Part shown: piece after piece, positions 1-13,101 of the stretch
Position numbering within the stretch: the first letter of the stretch is position 1
Layout: each line of letters begins with the position of its first letter
Assembly (NCBI RefSeq): GCF_001194135.2
Contig: NC_068986.1
Location: 43,989,351-44,053,350 of the forward strand
Length of the DNA stretch: 64,000 nucleotides
Direction: 5' to 3'
Origin: Octopus bimaculoides
Taxonomy: Eukaryota
Translations under genes and position numbers: made by a program
The notes under the pieces: generated by a model
What the model was told of the DNA's origin: nothing
What the model saw: only the letters and a program-made list of their open reading frames with translations
Database searches by the model: none

Positions 1-375
1 TCTGGTCTAAGGATAATTTCCTCCCTTCCAGCCCTGGAAACCCCTGAAAAAGGTCATAAATCATCATCATCATCGTTTAACGTCTGCTTTGCATGCTAGC
101 ATGGGTTGGACAATTTGATTGAGGACTGGTGAACCAGATGGTTACACCAGGCTCCCTTTTTCCTTTAATAAATCCACTAAAGAAAATTACACCAGCTAAT
201 GACTTTGATGACCAACCATGTCTTCGATTTTACTTCCATTCATCTTCTTTCACATAATGTACCACTTCACAGTCATATTCAGCTCATTCCTCAGAAATCA
301 CTTCACTCTTCAAAGCACTACCCTGTTTCATTGCCTTATGGAATTACGCATCTCAAACTAAATGTTTAAACTCAC

Positions 376-454
376 CTCAAGTACACCATTTTCCCGACAT
401 ATTACAACCCAATAAGAAGCTTTTATTTCTTTTTTTTGGTAGATATCAGATGGA
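376..454 (-). CDS. CPSF1: CPSF1 coding exon 21 (PSDIYQKKEIKASYWVVICRENGVLE)
   Basis: catcttcag ... GAG|GTGAGT; 79 nt; W...RENG.LE motif. Confidence 0.93.
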
Positions 455-782
455 CTGAAGATGAAATGAAATGAAAACAATCAATGTAATGAGCTGCACT
501 AATTAGCAATAATTACAGTAAGAGTAAAATTTTAGAAGGTAACGTAAACAAAATTTCTTAATGAAAATATATCAGACTTAACAAATTCACTAAATCATAA
601 GCACATATAGAGTTACAGGCTCGCTCTCTGAGTTTAAAGCTAAGATGCTTTCTGTAGAAGTTCATTTTGCAACCACATCGTTTCAGGTTCAGTCCCACCA
701 CAGAACCTAGAGTAAGGTTCTTCTACTATAACCTCAGGTTGGCCAAATGCCTTGTGAGGGAATTTAGTTGGTAGTGTAGGAG

Positions 783-783
<1 letters not shown>

Positions 784-832
<49 letters not shown>
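784..832. repeat. (GT)n microsatellite (others: (TA)n ~26951-26974 and ~53521-53555; (CA)n ~36306-36328 and ~53660-53693; (GA)n ~23708-23800; poly-T 5460-5499 and 55803-55839)
   Basis: Direct reading. Confidence 0.95.
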
Positions 833-834
<2 letters not shown>

Positions 835-1762
835 ACACATATGTTGGTGTGTGCATGCATGTCTTTGTCTCCCATTGCTTGTAAATGGTACTGGTTTGTT
901 TATGCTTCCATAGCTTGGTGGTTTAGCAAAAGGAATTGACAGAAAAAGTACCAGGCTTAAAATAAGCACTGCTAGGGGTGGGGAGTCAATTGCCAATCTG
1001 ATTGACTGAAGCTTTCAAGGTGTGTGCCCCTATCATGACTGCTGTCCAATGACTAAAACAAGTAAAAGGCTAAAAGAAAAGAACATTTTTATGTGTTGCT
1101 GGTAGAACCATCAATATTCAATATTAGCCTGTGGGAAGATATGAAATAAGTACTGTATGCTAACACTCAGTAATTATAGTGATGACACAGCTTATAGATT
1201 TGTACTCCTTACAAAACTAATCTATTGCTAGAATTGGGCCAGTGAGAGCTGAATGCTTTTGTCAGATACACAGCATATTACTGAAGACAGAAGTTGAAAC
1301 CTCTGTCCATTACTGGCAAGACTATACCATGTTCATTTCTGCTTTCAACTTATCTAGCACTAAATAAATTTCTTGCTTTTAATCCTAACATAACTAGTTC
1401 AATACAGGCAATGTGAACATAGCTAGATGCCTAATTATCTTCTAAAAGTGACAAAAGGTCCAGCATAATAACAAATTTAAAGACAGAAAAATAACTTAGT
1501 AAACGAATAGCTAATTCAAGCATTATGTTAACAAACTGCTTTGTCATAGGTAGCTCTTAGTTTAAAACTGGATACAGCTAGATTGATCTCTAACATTCTA
1601 AAAATCAATCAACAGACTCATTATATTCAATGAATAAATTCTGGAGACCCAAAATATGTCTATCAGACTTATGTTTATGACTTATCAGAAACTACCTGAT
1701 ATATGTATACTCAATCAGTTTAATTGAAGTTTCCAAATAGTCATTATCAAATGATTTATTAC

Positions 1763-1858
1763 CTCTGTTTAGGAGCATGTTTATTGCTATTGTTTACAGT
1801 TTTCCCAAACACAGATTCAGATTCTCCATACAGTAATTCATCTTCATCATCAATGAAG
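1763..1858 (-). CDS. CPSF1: CPSF1 coding exon 20 (FIDDEDELLYGESESVFGKTVNNSNKHAPKQ)
   Basis: ctctctccag ... AG|GTAAAT; 96 nt; DDEDELLYG motif. Confidence 0.94.
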
Positions 1859-2480
1859 CTGGAGAGAGAGGAAATAAAATAAAAAAGGTTACAAACATGA
1901 AAATAATAGGGGAAAAATAACGTTTTGGTAAATCATATAAATTTCAATGTACTATTTCAAACACACGTACACACATGAATATACACATAAATGGTCACAT
2001 TCACGTAAACACATATGCACAAACATGTTAAACACACAAAAGCACATGTTAATACACACATACACATACGCCAACAGAGACATATTTATTCCAACACATA
2101 CATGCAAATGCTCAAATTCAAAACACAACAAAATTAACACTGAGTAACCAAAAAGCAGAAAACATTTGATTAGAAATAGAACTTGAATTTCTTTTACAAT
2201 GGCATTAGAATTCAGGATTAGTTACCAAGATTTTAACATGAATTTCAAATTCCGCCAAGGTTGACTTTGCCTTTCATTCTTTCAAGATCAATAAAACAAG
2301 TACCAATTGAATACTGAGGTTGATGTAATCAACTTACCTCCTCCTCTGAAATTACTGGCCTTGAGCCAAAATTTGAAACCAACATTTCCACTAAAACTAA
2401 AATAATCTTTATGTGACCATTCAATAAAAGGACAGAGTGAAAAAAACCCACAATTGAAAAATAGAGAATCAAGTAAGTAC

Positions 2481-2635
2481 CTGCAAGTGAGATTACTAGA
2501 TAACCGTTCTTCTGGTATTTTGTGTACTTTGGTAAATTCCAGTGGGTTTGCAGAATATGTATCGGCTTTGATCGTTGTTGTGGTAAATAACCCACTGAGA
2601 TCTTTATAGGCACATAAACTGATGATTTTGTTTTT
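2481..2635 (-). CDS. CPSF1: CPSF1 coding exon 19 (KNKIISLCAYKDLSGLFTTTTIKADTYSANPLEFTKVHKIPEERLSSNLTC)
   Basis: tatttcag ... AG|GTACTT; 155 nt; LCxYKDLSGxFTT motif. Confidence 0.94.
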
Positions 2636-2804
2636 CTGAAATAGTTATAATACATTGTTTTTGCAGTTAAAGCATTTTTATTATTTTGAGGAGTAGAAAT
2701 TCCAGATTTTTAATTATATATAAATTAAAATGAATGAAAAGAAAGGACAAAAGGGAAAAAGAAAATAAAGTGAAGAAAAGGAAAAATGAAAGAGAAATGA
2801 AATA

Positions 2805-3276
2805 GGTATAGGCATGACTACATGGTTACAAGTTTCACTTCTCAACCATGTGGTTTCAGGTTCTAACCCACTGTTTGGCACTTTGAACCAGTGTCTTCTA
2901 TTATAGCTTTGGGTTGACCAATACCTCGTGAATTAAATTTGATAGATGGAAGCTGTACAGAAGCCCATCGTATGTATGTGCATGTGTGTGTACCCTAGTC
3001 TTGACATCATGAGAAGGCTGTGAGTGAGTATCATCATCATACAAGCTATGATGTTTGTTTCTAGTCTTCCACGAGAAACATGTCTAGCTATGGGGAAATA
3101 ATACTTTGCTTGGAAACCTGAGAAGGTTGACAACAGGAAAGGCATCCAACTGCTGAAAATCTGCCTCAAAAAGTTTTATCTAATCCATCTAAGCACAGAA
3201 AAGTGGACACTAAATGTTGATGGTAACGATGACAATGATGATGATGACAACAATGATGATGACATTGACAATGATG
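2805..3276 (+). mobile_element. SINE family B head with RTE-type tail (second copy 6200-6632)
   Basis: Same head as 11481 but ends aggaagggcatcc...gaaaagtggac..aaatgatgatg. Confidence 0.78.
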
Positions 3277-3282
3277 TTTTAC

Positions 3283-3458
3283 CTGTTGTAACTGTGGTTT
3301 GGTGACTGCAAGTCGGACACCACTACCAAAGTTGTCAGCTCTTAGGGACAATAACACCACCTGGCCTTCTTCACTCATAACCAACAAGAAAGGATCAGCA
3401 ACAGAGCAGTGAACAATAGGTGAACCCACATCAATGGGAATATGTTGCAGTTGTTTAA
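3283..3458 (-). CDS. CPSF1: CPSF1 coding exon 18 (VKQLQHIPIDVGSPIVHCSVADPFLLVMSEEGQVVLLSLRADNFGSGVRLAVTKPQLQQ)
   Basis: cttttacag ... CAG|GTAAAA; 176 nt. Confidence 0.96.
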
Positions 3459-5457
3459 CTGTAAAAGAAATTTTCATAAATATTAAAAGTAAACAAATCA
3501 TAAAATTATTTTAGCCTAAACAGTATAAGCCTTAACAGTATAAGTGAGATTTTTATCTTTGTGAAAGTCTTAGATTGTTTTTACCAAGACAACAAACTGA
3601 AAATAATTGATCATCCTTTTTTTTTTATAATTCAATTTATTCAAGTTTCTATAAGATATCCTACAACAGTTACTATGAAAGAAATAATGATCTAAAGTAT
3701 TTCATCATTATTTAACATCTCTTTTTCTATGCCAGCATGTGTTGGTTCAACATGAACTGACAAGCTGGATGCCCTTCTTAATGCCAACCACTTTTACAGA
3801 GTGTACTAGGTGCCTTTTTCATGACATCAGCACTTGTGAAGAATCTAACTGATGAGAAGCAAAAAAAAACTGTCCAGAACAGTGGAGAAAAGTCGTTGCT
3901 GACCTCCTTATGGTGTGAAGGGCTTAAGTAAGTACAAAATTTAAATAGATTTGCAATTACTATGACTAAAACTAGAAACCAATTTCACAAGGTAGTTGTT
4001 ATTAAACCCAAGATCAAACCTAACTGAGCAGACCAATGATCAATGATATTCCAGTTGTGATCATTGACCCTCAGACTACATTAACGAATATGTCCTTTTC
4101 TAAGACAATATGATGTGACTCAAAGAGATTTAGCTGCTAATTCTACCAGAATACACAGTCAAATAGACGTTTGTCATTGGTTCATGAATTTCTTCAAGAG
4201 TGTCTGGTTCATAATAAGGCAGTTGTGTGCAACTGGACGAAAAAGAACTAAATCTTGTATATACCATAAAACAACATATGCATATATTATGGAATAATCA
4301 AGTGACAAGGTTGAAGTCATGGGACTGCAACATGGTGGATTGTGAAGAGGTAATGGAAGAGCACAACTAAGGCAATGGTGCTTCTTACATTGATGCTGAG
4401 TGGAGGAATCCCAGATCAATGGTCAGAATCACCAAGCTCTATCAAGAGAGTAACTGCAACACATCCATAGGGGTGGCATCTATAGTTGTGTAATCAACAA
4501 ATGAAAGGTTCACTATGACTCAAGTTCCCAATTCAAATTCATAACAATAGATTTGGATGGTGACAGAGCATCGTGGGGAATCCGCAAAAGCAGTAAAAAA
4601 AAAAGTGATGAGGAAACCCTATAAACTTGGAAAGAATTGACAAGAAAGAAAGGAACAATGACATATCAACAACAAAATTGAGACTAGATATAACTTAACC
4701 AAAACAGCACTTTAACTAGAAACATGAAATCAATATGTGTGTGATATTTGACAGCACCAGTTGAAATAAATAGTTATACCACCATTAACACCATTTCATA
4801 TTTTCTGTTGTAAGGCTATCAAGGAAGCACTTATTAAAGGAGCTGAAAAGAATTTTAAATTAAAGAAATTTGTAAGTAGAAGGAGTGAGTGTGTATTCTT
4901 CTCTTCGTGAGCATGTTGATCACAATCAAAGAATCCCCATTGTTTACAATTCTCCATGAAAGTATGTCCAGGTTGTTTGTTGTTTGACAGACTAAGAGAA
5001 ATATTACTGTGCTACGAAATAGGTAAGGGTTGATGACAATAAGAGCAACCATTCATAGAAAAATCTGATTCAAAGTTTCTGACCCAGTCACAATTTTTCG
5101 AAGGCAAGGGAGAGAATTCTAGTGGTCAAAATGAAATAGAGATACTCAGGGAAATTTGGAAACGTTGGAAAATTACAACACGAATATCAATCAATATATT
5201 CCAACAGTTGTTTCTGTTCAGTTATGTTGACAATCTGAAACTTTTATTTCCTTAAATGCAGTTGTATGATTGATGGCTACACATTTTGTATATTGCATTC
5301 TGAAATTAGCCAGCACTCTTTCAACAGATTTTTCTTAATTAACTCAAACTGAGTTTTGTAATAGCAATTTACTGCTAAACTTGCTGACTCAATCAGTATC
5401 TAGTCGAGATTATAACTGTCATTTGATACTGGGACATTTTGAATACTGATACCAATT

Positions 5458-5499
<42 letters not shown>

Positions 5500-7218
5500 C
5501 ACTGTTTCCTTATTTAACCTCACATTAGCTCTTTAAATGTGAAATTAAATTTCATGGTTACTCAAGTAACGGTACAAAATATCTACCAAATTATAAAATT
5601 GGTATTTTCTGCAAGTCATGTTGCCTCAATAAGCTGGACACGTCTCAACAAAAAATAATTCCTCAGATAGCTTTCTGCAAATAAGGGTAATGAAATTTTG
5701 AATGGATATATCTGATTTATGCAGTTAAAAGGGCTAATAATTTTCCTTCTTATTCAGTTTACCATTACTCAAACTGTAGCAATTTGGTGTTAAATACAAA
5801 TACTGCCAAACTAAGAGTGACAAACTGGTCTATTGACATTGGATGATTCCAACCAATGTCCTGCCAAAATTAATTGCACTCCTCTCCTATGACTCAGTCT
5901 TGCATACTACATGGTGACCTCATTAGTGCAGGTGGCATGAAAAAAAGCACCCAGTCCACATTGTAAAGTGGTTGGCTTTAGGAAGAGCATTAGCCATAAA
6001 AACCCTGCCAAAGCAGACATTTGAGCTCAATGCAGTCCTTGGACACTTTAAATCCAGTCAAACTGTCCAACCTATGCCAACATAGAGCATGAACACTAAA
6101 TGATGATGAACATGATTTAACATTAGATTCCTTCCCTAAAGTGAAGAAAAGTCAATCATGCCTTTTTTCATTTTTTTTTATATTTAACTGTCAGGTATGT
6201 GTGTGTGACTGGGTGGTTAAGAAGCTTGCTTCCCAACCAAGAGGCCTTGGGTCCCGTCTTACTGTGCAGCATCTTGGGCAACTGTCTTCTATAATCCTAA
6301 GTCATCCAAAGCCTTGTGAGTGGATTTGGTAAACAGAAATAGAAAGAATCTCATTATACATGTGTATATGTGTGAGTGAGTGAATGAGTGTATGTGCCTG
6401 TGTGTGCCCTTGTCTAGAAATGAGCATCATTGTCATACAAGCAAGGCTGTTCAGTCTTCCATGAAAAATTTGTCTGGTCATGGGAAAATATTACCTTGCT
6501 TGGAAAAAGGCAAGGATTGGTGACAAGAAGAGCTTCCAGCTGTGGAAAATCTGCCTCAGTAAATTCTGTCTGACCTAAGCAAGCTTGAAAAACTGGATGG
6601 TAAATGACGATGGAGGAGGTGGTGGTGGTGGTATCAGGTAATTTAAATTCCTAAATTTTAAATTTGAACAGTTCAGTTTGAAAAAAATCAAGCAGCAACT
6701 CCTTTGTTCAATCAAATGTATAATGTCTGTTTCCCATGCTAGTGATGGTTAAACAGGGAGATAGCTGAGGCAAGATTTTTAAGGCAAGATGCTCTTCCTG
6801 TCACAAAAACCTTATCTGTTTTTCAAATAAAAAAGAAGTTTTATTCCAGAGAAATTCCAAGTGTAGATCTAGTGAACGATTCGTTAACGAAAAACGCCAA
6901 CAACTGTCACTGGCTGCAGCCTAACTACAAGGTGTCGTCACCATCTGTAGCATAGTACACAGCAGATAGTAAGCATTCAAATAAACACATGCACATATAC
7001 ACCCTATGAGATTCCTTAAGTTTCCATCTACCAAATTCCCTCACTAAGCATTGGTGGGCACAGAGCTATAGTGAAGACACTTGCCCAAGGTAATGCACAG
7101 TGGGAATGAACCTGAAATCAGATGGCTGAGAAGCAAACTTCTTTAGCACAAAGCCATGCCTGTGCTTAAATATTTAAAATAAAATCTGAATGTTGTTATA
7201 AATTATAACAGTACAAAC

Positions 7219-7360
7219 CTCCTTCTAAAAGACGTACTCCCATAGGAGACACCTGAACAATATATTTATTATCTCCTATGTTCCCAGCAAATACAGTTGG
7301 TGTTTGTGTGCTGAAGCCACTGTGGTCGAGTTCCATAATTTCTTGACCGGTCTGTAATAT
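7219..7360 (-). CDS. CPSF1: CPSF1 coding exon 17 ([47 protein letters not shown])
   Basis: ctttctag ... G|GTTTGT; 142 nt. Confidence 0.97.
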
Positions 7361-7493
7361 CTAGAAAGATTAATACAAGATAAGAGAAAATGTAAATAAA
7401 CATAATTCAGTTAATTTAAATTACTACATAAGTAAATGACAGAACCAAAATAATTACAACAGAAAGAAAAAAAAACTAATATAAAAGACTTAC

Positions 7494-7637
7494 CATGCTA
7501 GAGTCACTTTTACTTAATATTAAAAATGTATGGCCATCTTCAATATCTTCTTCAGAAATTGCTTTACCATCTTTTTGTGTTACATCTTCACCGATACCCT
7601 TTTTCTCATCGCTTTTCTCTTCATTTTCATCTTTCAA
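7494..7637 (-). CDS. CPSF1: CPSF1 coding exon 16 (LKDENEEKSDEKKGIGEDVTQKDGKAISEEDIEDGHTFLILSKSDSSM)
   Basis: cattcttag ... ATG|GTAAGT; 144 nt; charged loop followed by the conserved HxFLILS..DSxM. Confidence 0.93.
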
Positions 7638-9139
7638 CTAAGAATGAAATGAAAAAAAATTTTCCTATCTTATACAGTTCAAAAACCAGTTTCATTTCAT
7701 ATGAACTTGGTAAGAAATAACATACATTAGAAATTAATATTCGTAAATTACTTGAATATAATGTATGACTTAAAGGTTTGGTTGCTGTTTAGTTACATAT
7801 TTAGGAGTTGGTTATTGATTTACTTATTGAATTTAGTTACCAATACTGTTGTACATAGGGTAAATGTGTTTGAAAGTTGTGGTTTCTTTGGTATGTTTGT
7901 TCCCAAACAACACTTATTTTAGTGCTGTTGATACCACCAAATTGAATGATACTGCCCAGGTGTCGAAACTATAATGATATCCGTGGGGTAGCTGATGATG
8001 GATTGTTGGTATGGCTGTTTTTGTATATGTGGAATAGTGTTATAACACTTCCTTTTGATATGTACATTTTTCTTTTTCAATCATCTAATAAATATTTTAA
8101 GCATTGTTAAAATCAGCTAGAGATAACTTTGAGATATACATATGGTTTACCATAAAATTGAAAAGCTCATGTACGGGGAGCAGACTATACTGAGCTCTTT
8201 CAAATCCTACAAGAAAATTACCTTACTACTCATAAAGAAATAAAAGATGAAGCCGCCAAATACTACATGCTCTATCCTGGACTTAACCACCTTATTCCAT
8301 AATGGTTCAAAACAATGCAACACATGTTTAACAGAAAAATATCATATTATAAACCATGTTATGAAAGCAGCTAATATGGAAGAGAATTTGTTCACATGTG
8401 ATGCAGGTTGAGTTTGTACTAGGATGATGTATCATCAATGTCCCCTTCTTAATGTAAGATCTACAGGGACTCTAAGATAACAGTAAGTCAATGTGTGTGT
8501 CAGTGTGTGAAGCAAGCTGTAGCTTAATAACTGCTTCAAATTTGATGTTAAAATTTGGTTCAGTAAACTGGCAGTAAAATACCTGTGATACTTCAAACCA
8601 AGGCAACATACTGGCAGAATCAGTAAAACTACAGGTAAAATGCTATCTGGTGTTTACATACATTCTTTATGACACCCATCCATCTTCACAGCTCACTATT
8701 CCTCTGATAGTCATGGAACAGAGTCCTCAGACATGTTCTTCAGATCTTATTAGAAGCAGCTGTCAGCAAGACCAACTGAAGCAATTTCCTGTACATATCC
8801 CTGTATCTGAGTTTGGATAACTGGTGTTAGTCAAAACCTTTCAAAGTAGGTGAACTCTACCAGGGAATCCTGTTGTCACCTCTCCTTTTCATATAATTTT
8901 TATGAAGTGCATTGAAATGTCCGGCCGGGGAGGAAGTGAAGTCAAAATTGATAAGAGTATGATCAGCTGGTTAATATTAGCAGACAACATGGTACTATGG
9001 GAGTACGTCTTTTGGAAGGAGGCATATATTATCAACCCTTTCGCATTCACATTATTCTGTCAAATGTAATGCTTATTTATTCACATTGTTTTGAATTAAT
9101 CATGCATTATCTTGTAGCTTTGAGATTTCAGTGAAGTGA

Positions 9140-9385
9140 TTGTTCCAAAGGGCTGCTGAAGTAACTTTACTTGATAGAATGCATAACTCAGAGATCAGGG
9201 AGTTACTACAGATAAAACCACTACTTCTCCACATGGAGAGGTACAACAGGCATGTGGTTAGGATGTCTAACCACATGGTTAGACATACAGGACAGATTTT
9301 AGGGGAAAGGTCAACAAGCAGGAGACTCAAAGGTAGACCACTTGCAAGATGGTTGGATAATATCCCTTACAACAAGGAAAAATTA
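9140..9385 (+). mobile_element. RTE-like LINE C-terminal fragment (related pieces at 19213-19400 and 14235-14460)
   Basis: IRELLQIKPLLL...GRP..RWLDNI pattern typical of RTE ORF2 ends. Confidence 0.65.
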
Positions 9386-9670
9386 ATATAATGGGTGAAA
9401 AATAAGAGTTCCGATAAAATGCTTTGAAATATTTGTTCTAGCTCTTTACATTTTGAGTTCAAATTTGTTTCAAGTCAACTTTACCTTTCATCCTTTCAGG
9501 TACAATAAAATAAAATACGAATCAAACCACTGAGAGTAATTTAATAAACTAATCTTGTCCTCTTAAATCTCCAGTTTACATAAGAAATTATCTTTACCAG
9601 ATAATAATAAATTAATCAATATCAGTTTTAATTTTAAGAAAAATAAAGAACCTCTTCAAAAAGAACTCAC

Positions 9671-9787
9671 ATCTGTTTTCAAGATGTCTTCATCAGTTAT
9701 TGAATCTGCTTTGCTTCCAAATACTGTCCACATGTCCAAGCAGCCAAACAGCTCAAATGTTGTCACAACTTGAGGACGGATACTCCG
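9671..9787 (-). CDS. CPSF1: CPSF1 coding exon 15 ([39 protein letters not shown])
   Basis: tatttcag ... GTGAGT; 117 nt. Confidence 0.96.
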
Positions 9788-10816
9788 CTGAAATAGTTAA
9801 ATAAATAATACTGAGAATAATTTTATTTTATAATTATTTCATTTAAATTATAATTATGATATTTGGTTGATACACAGATTCTCATAATGCTGGTATTTAC
9901 TTCCAGACTTTGCAACGCTAAACTGCTGAGAGAAGAATCTTTTCTTGGTTAAGGTCACAGACTATCTTTGAGTAAGATTCTTTGATTTTGGGAAAGTGAA
10001 GCACAAACAAAATAAATAACCTGCCCAGAAACACAAGTGTGGACAACTGGTAGATTGTATCATTGTTTCTATGAATCCAGATTCAGGTTTTGTTTTCAGT
10101 ATTTTGCTGCCAAGATTTGACATAAGCATCATAAATCCATAAATATATTCTATCTGGTGTTGATTCATACAGGTTGGGACATTTATCTAAAAGCACAGAA
10201 AGTAAGTGTTGATACCAATATAAGGTAGCATTAACATGATAATATAATTTACTAAGTATGTCAGTTCACAATTATAGTTTTTATTCTTTGTCATGAAAGA
10301 CTATTTATAAACAAGACACTTACCACAAAGTCTTCAAATGGTTTCAAGAAGATGAAAGCTTAATTTACATGGAGTGAGACAATGGAAGCATGGCTATTTG
10401 GATGCTGGTGATTTAGCACAGCTGACTGGACATTGAAACTGTTCCAGTGCTAATAGTTTTTGGCACTGGAGGCAAACACACACACGCTCATGAACATAAG
10501 TGCTGGCAGAAATACACACATACAGATACAGTAAGAGAGAGAGAGAGAGAAAGACATTACAATTCATTAATTAAACATCATCATCATTTAACATCCATTT
10601 TCCATGTTGGCATGGGCTGGACAGTTTAACTGGAGCTGGCAAGCCAGAGAGCTACACCAAGCTCCACACATCTGCTTTGGCATGGTTTCTACAGCTGGAT
10701 GCCCTTCCTGATGCCAACCACTTTACAGAGTATACCGGGTGCTTTTATGTGGCACCAGTATGGTTGCTTTTTACGTGCCACCATAAACACTTTCACTCTC
10801 CTCATACACATAACAC

Positions 10817-10988
10817 GAGAGAGAGAGGAAGAGAGAGAGAGAGGAAGAGAGAGAGAGAGAGGAAGAGAGAGAGAGAGAGGAAGAGAGAGAGAGGAAGAGA
10901 GAGAGAGGAAGAGAGAGAGAGGAAGAGAGAGAGAGGAAGAGAGAGAGAGGAAGAGAGAGAGAGAGAGGGGGGGGAGAAGGAGAGAGAA
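10817..10988. repeat. 172-nt purine-only (GA)n/GGAA minisatellite
   Basis: No pyrimidine on the + strand across the tract. Confidence 0.95.
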
Positions 10989-11480
10989 TTAGCAAAACAT
11001 TCAGATGTTTCACATCAAATGAGTCAGCATCGAAGCAACAATGACAAAGAGGCAGAACTAAAACTGAGAGGTAAAACATCTCAAACCCCAATCTATTAGC
11101 GAGCTGATAATTTTCACAAATGCAACAAAACTACAATGCAACAATGTTAAAATGAAGGAAAAAAAAATTAACGTGCAAGTGGCTGAGCACTCCACAGACA
11201 CGTGTACCCTTAACGTAGTTCTCGGGGATATTCAGCATGACACAGTGTGACAAGGCTGACCCTTTGAATTACAGGCACAACAGAAAACAGGAAGTAAGAG
11301 TGAGAGAAAGTCATGGTGAAAGAGTACAGCAGGGTTCGCCACCATCTCCCTGCCGGAGCCTCGTGGAACTTTAGGTGCTTTCACTCAATAAACACTCACA
11401 ACGCCCGGTCTGGGAATCGAAACCACAATCCTATGACCGCGAGTCCGCTGCCCTAACCACTGGGCCATTGCGCCTCCACT

Positions 11481-11862
11481 GCTGTGTGGTGAGTAGCTTG
11501 CTTACCAACCACATGGTTCTGGGTTCAGTCCCACTGCATGGCACTTTGGGCAAGTGTCTTCTACTATAACCTCGGGCCAACCAAAGCCTTGTGAATGGAT
11601 TTGGTAGAGAGAAACTGAAAGAAGCTTGTTGTATGTATATGTTTGTGGATGTATGTTTGTGTATGTGTTTGTCTCCCCACCATTGCTTGACAACCAATGC
11701 TAGTGTGTTTACATCCCCGTAACTTAGCAATTCAGCAAAAGAGACTGATAGAATAAGTACTAAGCTTACAAAGAATAAGTCATGGGGTCGATTTGTTTGA
11801 CTAAAGGCACTGTTCCAGCAGGGCTGCAGTCAAATGACTGAAACAAATAAAAGAATTAAAAA
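11481..11862 (+). mobile_element. tRNA-derived SINE family B with CR1-type tail (other copies ~39140-39460, 40765-41075, 13765-13990; minus-strand heads ~640-770, 6985-7165, 53690-53855)
   Basis: Shared head cttcccaaccacatggtt..ggttcagtcccactg..ttgggcaagtgtcttctactatagcc; GT microsatellite; tail ccagcatggc..cagtc..tgactgaaac. Confidence 0.82.
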
Positions 11863-11891
11863 AAATTTGTAAAATGGCATATTCTTCTCAC

Positions 11892-12047
11892 CTGTAATAC
11901 TGATAAAGCACCATTTTTGCTATACCCAGATGTTGTTACAAGTTCCAAATCAGGATCTATTGTATTACAAAACTCTTCAGAAAGGAAAGCAGGTTCTCCC
12001 ATCACCATTCTTCCACATGGACCAATGTTGAGAATACTGTCACAAAC
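11892..12047 (-). CDS. CPSF1: CPSF1 coding exon 14 ([52 protein letters not shown])
   Basis: aaaatag ... CAG|GTGAGA; 156 nt. Confidence 0.97.
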
Positions 12048-13003
12048 CTATTTTGATTAGAAAGGGTCAAAAACAATCATTACATATAAAACAGGATAAA
12101 ATGAAGTTAATGTCAACAACATGAATACTGATTTCTCTGCACATAAGAAACATACACCACGGCTCAACACTTTTGATATCAAACCACCTGAAACCACATC
12201 CTGATACACATTTCCTGACCTAAAGTGATCTAAATTAAAGTTTTCCATCAAAATTTCAGGTTAATTTATGATCCAAACACTAGCTTAGTAATGACAAAGT
12301 TATTTTACAAAATTCTTCATTATCTTCAAAATAAAACAAAAAAAAAATGGTAGTATATTTCGACAGAAATAGGATAACAAAAGGAAAAACCCCTGAACAT
12401 TTAAACTGGCTATATATGGCCAAAATATTCAACCTGCTTTATGTTCAAACTGACCAGATCCAGCTTCTCACATCTATCCTATGTCATTCTAAAAGTAAAC
12501 AATCACATCAATGAAATCCCAAAGCTACAAGATAATACATGATTTATTCAAAACAATGTGAATAAATAAGTATGACATTTGGTAGAGTAATCTGAATGCT
12601 AAAGGGTTAAAGTAAAAAAAACTACTGTACTGCTAGAAGGAAAAGAAATTTAAAGCTCTTTAGCTAAATTCATCAACTATTACTCAAAATCAGTGGTAAA
12701 TAAAATGACTTTTGAGAACATTATATAAAACAAGCCTAAAGGGGTGTCACTAAGTAGACACTCAACCTGCTAGAAATAGCATCAAAATCTCCCTCAAATC
12801 ACACCCTACTATTTTAAATAAATGACAGGACACATTGGATAACATACTTTTCAATACAGTGTCCAGCAAAATATTTAAGATGGGATGATCATGACTGAAT
12901 TTTCTTTAAGCATAGGTCTGTGAGATCAAGGATGACATGGGGGTGTTAAATGACAACATGATGACAGTAAACAATATACAAGGAAAGGAATTAAGTAAAT
13001 TAC

Positions 13004-13101
13004 CTCAAAAGTGAATGAAGTAATGGTTGTTCCACTGATGGCATCTCCTTCACCATACACCTCTAATTCATCAAGATCATCAATTTGTGATACATCAGAG
13101 G
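13004..13101 (-). CDS. CPSF1: CPSF1 coding exon 13 (ASDVSQIDDLDELEVYGEGDAISGTTITSFTFE)
   Basis: tttttcacag ... GAG|GTAATT; 98 nt; DELEVYG motif. Confidence 0.95.

Noticed and set aside
10677-11099. RE/ER-rich and SL-rich ORFs (also 23554-23899 and 56925-57237)
   Set aside because: These are translations of GA, CA and TA microsatellites.
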